This document shows positions 60,997-64,000 of a stretch of DNA of 64,000 nt, piece after piece. The notes beneath the pieces are model-generated. The model worked only from the letters and a program-made list of their open reading frames with translations. It was not told where the DNA came from and searched no databases. Source of the stretch: Phoronis australis (lineage: Eukaryota; Animalia; Phoronida); contig NMRA01000398.1 in the NCBI GenBank assembly GCA_002633005.1, positions 257,202-321,201 of the forward strand, written 5' to 3'. The first letter of the stretch is position 1, and every line of letters starts with the position of its first letter. The position numbers were made by a program, and so were the translations under genes.

Positions 60997-63900
60997 ACTT
61001 TCCAACCAATTCTAATATCCAAATGTTATTTCGTTCCGTTAACCAATCGTACTCTATGTAGCACGACCATTTTGCAACGCTACCCTTATAGCACTGTGGA
61101 AGAGTTTAGTAATATATCTATAATATTGTAACCTGCCGGTACAAACAAGCCCTCTACTGGAATTCCGAGGTAATATATTTGGCTATCTACAAAGGTTTGT
61201 AGTCCTAACAAGAAGAGTGTAGGTTGAAGGCAAAGATGGAGTCCCAACTAATAAACCATATACACTGTTCGTCAGGAACAGTGCGAAAACTAGTTTCAAA
61301 TATTAGTTAAAAGTCAGTCTGCATCTGTTTGACCCATTAACTGGGTGTCACTGGTATTTTACATAGATTATTTAGAGATGGACACTCCACCTGGCGACTC
61401 TAAGGACTAACTATAACGTGATTTTCATGTTAAATCCGCAATAAACACGCCTTTCATTCCCAAAAATATTACTACCGTGATGTAGTTGGTTCGTAAGCAA
61501 ATAATTTAAGTGAATGTAATTTCAGAGATAAAGAAAGAAACGAGTCTTTCCTTCTGTTTGAGATTAAACTCTACAAATTGGCCTGTCGTTTAGTGTCAAT
61601 TAATGTAATGAGCCTCGATGAAAAAACATAAATCCCTTCTCGTTTCAGCAAAGGACAAGTAGTGATCAATTTTATATCGGGACGTGGTCGAAGTCAAATC
61701 TTCGCTTCTTGCACCGACGGAACACCGATTTGTAGCCACCGATATTCCACCATATAATGACTTGGCTTATATGACATTCAACTTCGAAACTTTCTTTAGA
61801 CGTCAGAATGATTTTTTTATGGAACGAGAATGTGTTTTTTTTTTTTTGGAGAACGTGTGTAATGCACTAGTCAGCACCAGTTCTTTACACTCGTGGATTA
61901 CACTCGTTCTAACGTGCGCATGCATGTACATTTAGATTCGTTCTCTCGCCGCTAGGTGAACGCAGGTACATGTACGATTGAAATGCGCACTATCGAAATG
62001 CTATAGTACATGTAGACGGCTGTTTGCATTTCACTCGCCACACGTTCTCAAAATAACACGTCCACGTTCCATGATTTTTAATGGAAACGTCTGTGTACTC
62101 ATGTGGACGATGATAAGAATAAGGCGACATTATCGGGAGAGAAAGGTACTGGTTTTTATGAGAACAGTACACGTAAGGCGAGTTTTTGTTTACCTTGAGA
62201 TAAAGAAGTTGTGTAAACCATCACCAATATATTATAACCAAAAACTCACCAATTGAATATTCATAATGCATGCTGTCTGTTGTCTACACAATTATGGCAA
62301 CGGCTGCAGCTCCTTTCAAGGTTCACGTCGCCTGTTAACCAAGTTCAGCAGGCTCACGTGTGACTGGCTCTGGATGACTAATTCTGACTTGCAAACCAAG
62401 CACATGTCTATCGTGACAACAAACATCAATATTTTCACAGTGAAAAGGAATTAAACCATTTTGATTTCGAGAAACATTACAAAAAGGAGTTTCAGAAGTG
62501 AAATGTGTTTAATGTTTACTACAGAAAGTACAGTGTGCTTGTACAATAACCGGATTTAAGCCTGGAAAGGTGAGTCAGTTAAGCAACGAATTATACGGAA
62601 ATTCGCTAAGAAATAGAAACTTAGCAACGTTTCTATAAAAGCCACGTTATTATTGGAATCTAGTTCAGGAAACCCATTAACCAAGAAGTTAATCAAGAAC
62701 TTAGGGAATTCAGAGTTAGAAAATGCTGTGTTCTCTGAACTTCGTTTACGGTGTATTCATAAAATAATATGAGGAACTGACTGGAAGTCTCTACACAAAT
62801 AAAAATGTTTGAGGTCCCTGAAACTTTGTCTAGAAACGTGTCGCTGTTGAGGAACAGTCGCATCTTGATCTGTATACGCTGGTTCCGTGATATTGCGCGG
62901 AAGTTGAAGAAGGATTACGATCCTTGGTAAATCTGAAGGAGTGGTATGATGAAAAGAGCAAAATTCGTGAAATACTGGAAAATAAAATTGGTAAAACTGC
63001 ATTTGAAACTAGCTAGCGTCCACAAAAATGTATACATTTTCAGTGTAATGGAGGCGGTATCTACGATCAAAGTGCCCTGATTTTACGAGCCTGGTGCGGA
63101 CAGAGGGTGATATTGAAAGCTAAAATTGGTGAATAATACATAGGTTTATTATAAGAATATAAAAGTACAATATGTCACACTTCTAGTATATCGGTATATC
63201 GGTATATCGGCCGCAGTGTTGTGATTTTAGATACTTTGATACACGGGCAGATCAGTCGCTGTTCATTATTTATATGTGCAGAAACGGAGGCAATTTTATT
63301 TTAGTTATTGTTCCGAAATATGAACAGCAATCAAGATCGAGAGGATCCCGACAATTGCTGGGGACTAAACGCCTTGGCAACCAGGTTCAGGGGAGCCCGG
63401 AAGCTGCACGAATAGTCGGACTTTGGTGTGAGTGAAAGTATAGATGATGACTTCTTGAGCCCTGTGACTGGATCCGAGACAAATGTAGATATGTCTTTCA
63501 CAATAATGTGTCATTATTGTTGTCACTCGATCTTGCGGTTTTGATGAAGGTGTCCCATTTGAAAGGTAGATTGACAGGCGAAATTCCTTTTGCCGCTGTC
63601 AATATTTCCACCAAACTGAGCAAACTAAATGTCTGGTATTGTACGTATCTGAAGCCAATATTTGTAATCGCAAATGATTTAAATCTAACATAAATATAAT
63701 GACATTTTAAGAACAAAAATGAGACGTGCTAATAGAAACTTAAAGCATCGTGATTCGAAGTGTGAAGTCATGCTCAAACAACAACTGCTAAACATTCAAT
63801 TTTGTGTCAGCAGTCGATCAGTTGTTGTTTTGTTTGCAATTTATGTTCCTACGCATTGTGTTAGCGCCAGCCATAGTTCTGTAGTTTTTGTATGTTTCGC

Positions 63901-64000
63901 GTATTTTAGCACCGCGACTTGTAGCGGCTTGTCCTTTGCCGATCACGTGATTCACTGAAAGTGGAGTTAAATCTGTCCCCCCGTTCAGTAACGCTAGGAC

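Overview
AT-rich, intron-containing eukaryotic DNA, probably from a marine invertebrate (lophotrochozoan-like; this is inference). The core of the window is a head-to-tail tandem array of four DEG/ENaC (FaNaC/WaNaC-like) channel genes on the + strand. Each has a short exon 1 carrying the TSCHG motif and one ~1.35 kb exon 2 encoding TM1, the ectodomain and TM2. Copy 3 is intact. Copy 2 is probably intact but has an N gap. Copies 1 and 4 are disrupted, and their exon 1 was not found. Paralog divergence is concentrated in the finger and beta6-beta7 regions. The spacers and introns are filled with decayed transposons: a CR1/L2-type LINE, a Sola3-type DNA transposon (TTAA TSD, spliced transposase), a Hero-type RLE retrotransposon, an L1/Tx1 LINE, a 3-copy hairpin-ended family whose long copy carries DIRS/Ngaro-like remnants, a Penelope element (inverted pseudo-LTRs, hammerhead-like motif, 15-bp TSD), and several MITEs including a CAC...GTG element with a 5-bp TSD. 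The 8-mer TACATGTA is strongly enriched, and paralog comparison shows CATGTA insertions at TA sites, consistent with Tc1/mariner excision footprints. The last ~9 kb holds weak traces of a decayed MAM/Ig/EGF-type gene. All calls were made by eye, without database searches.
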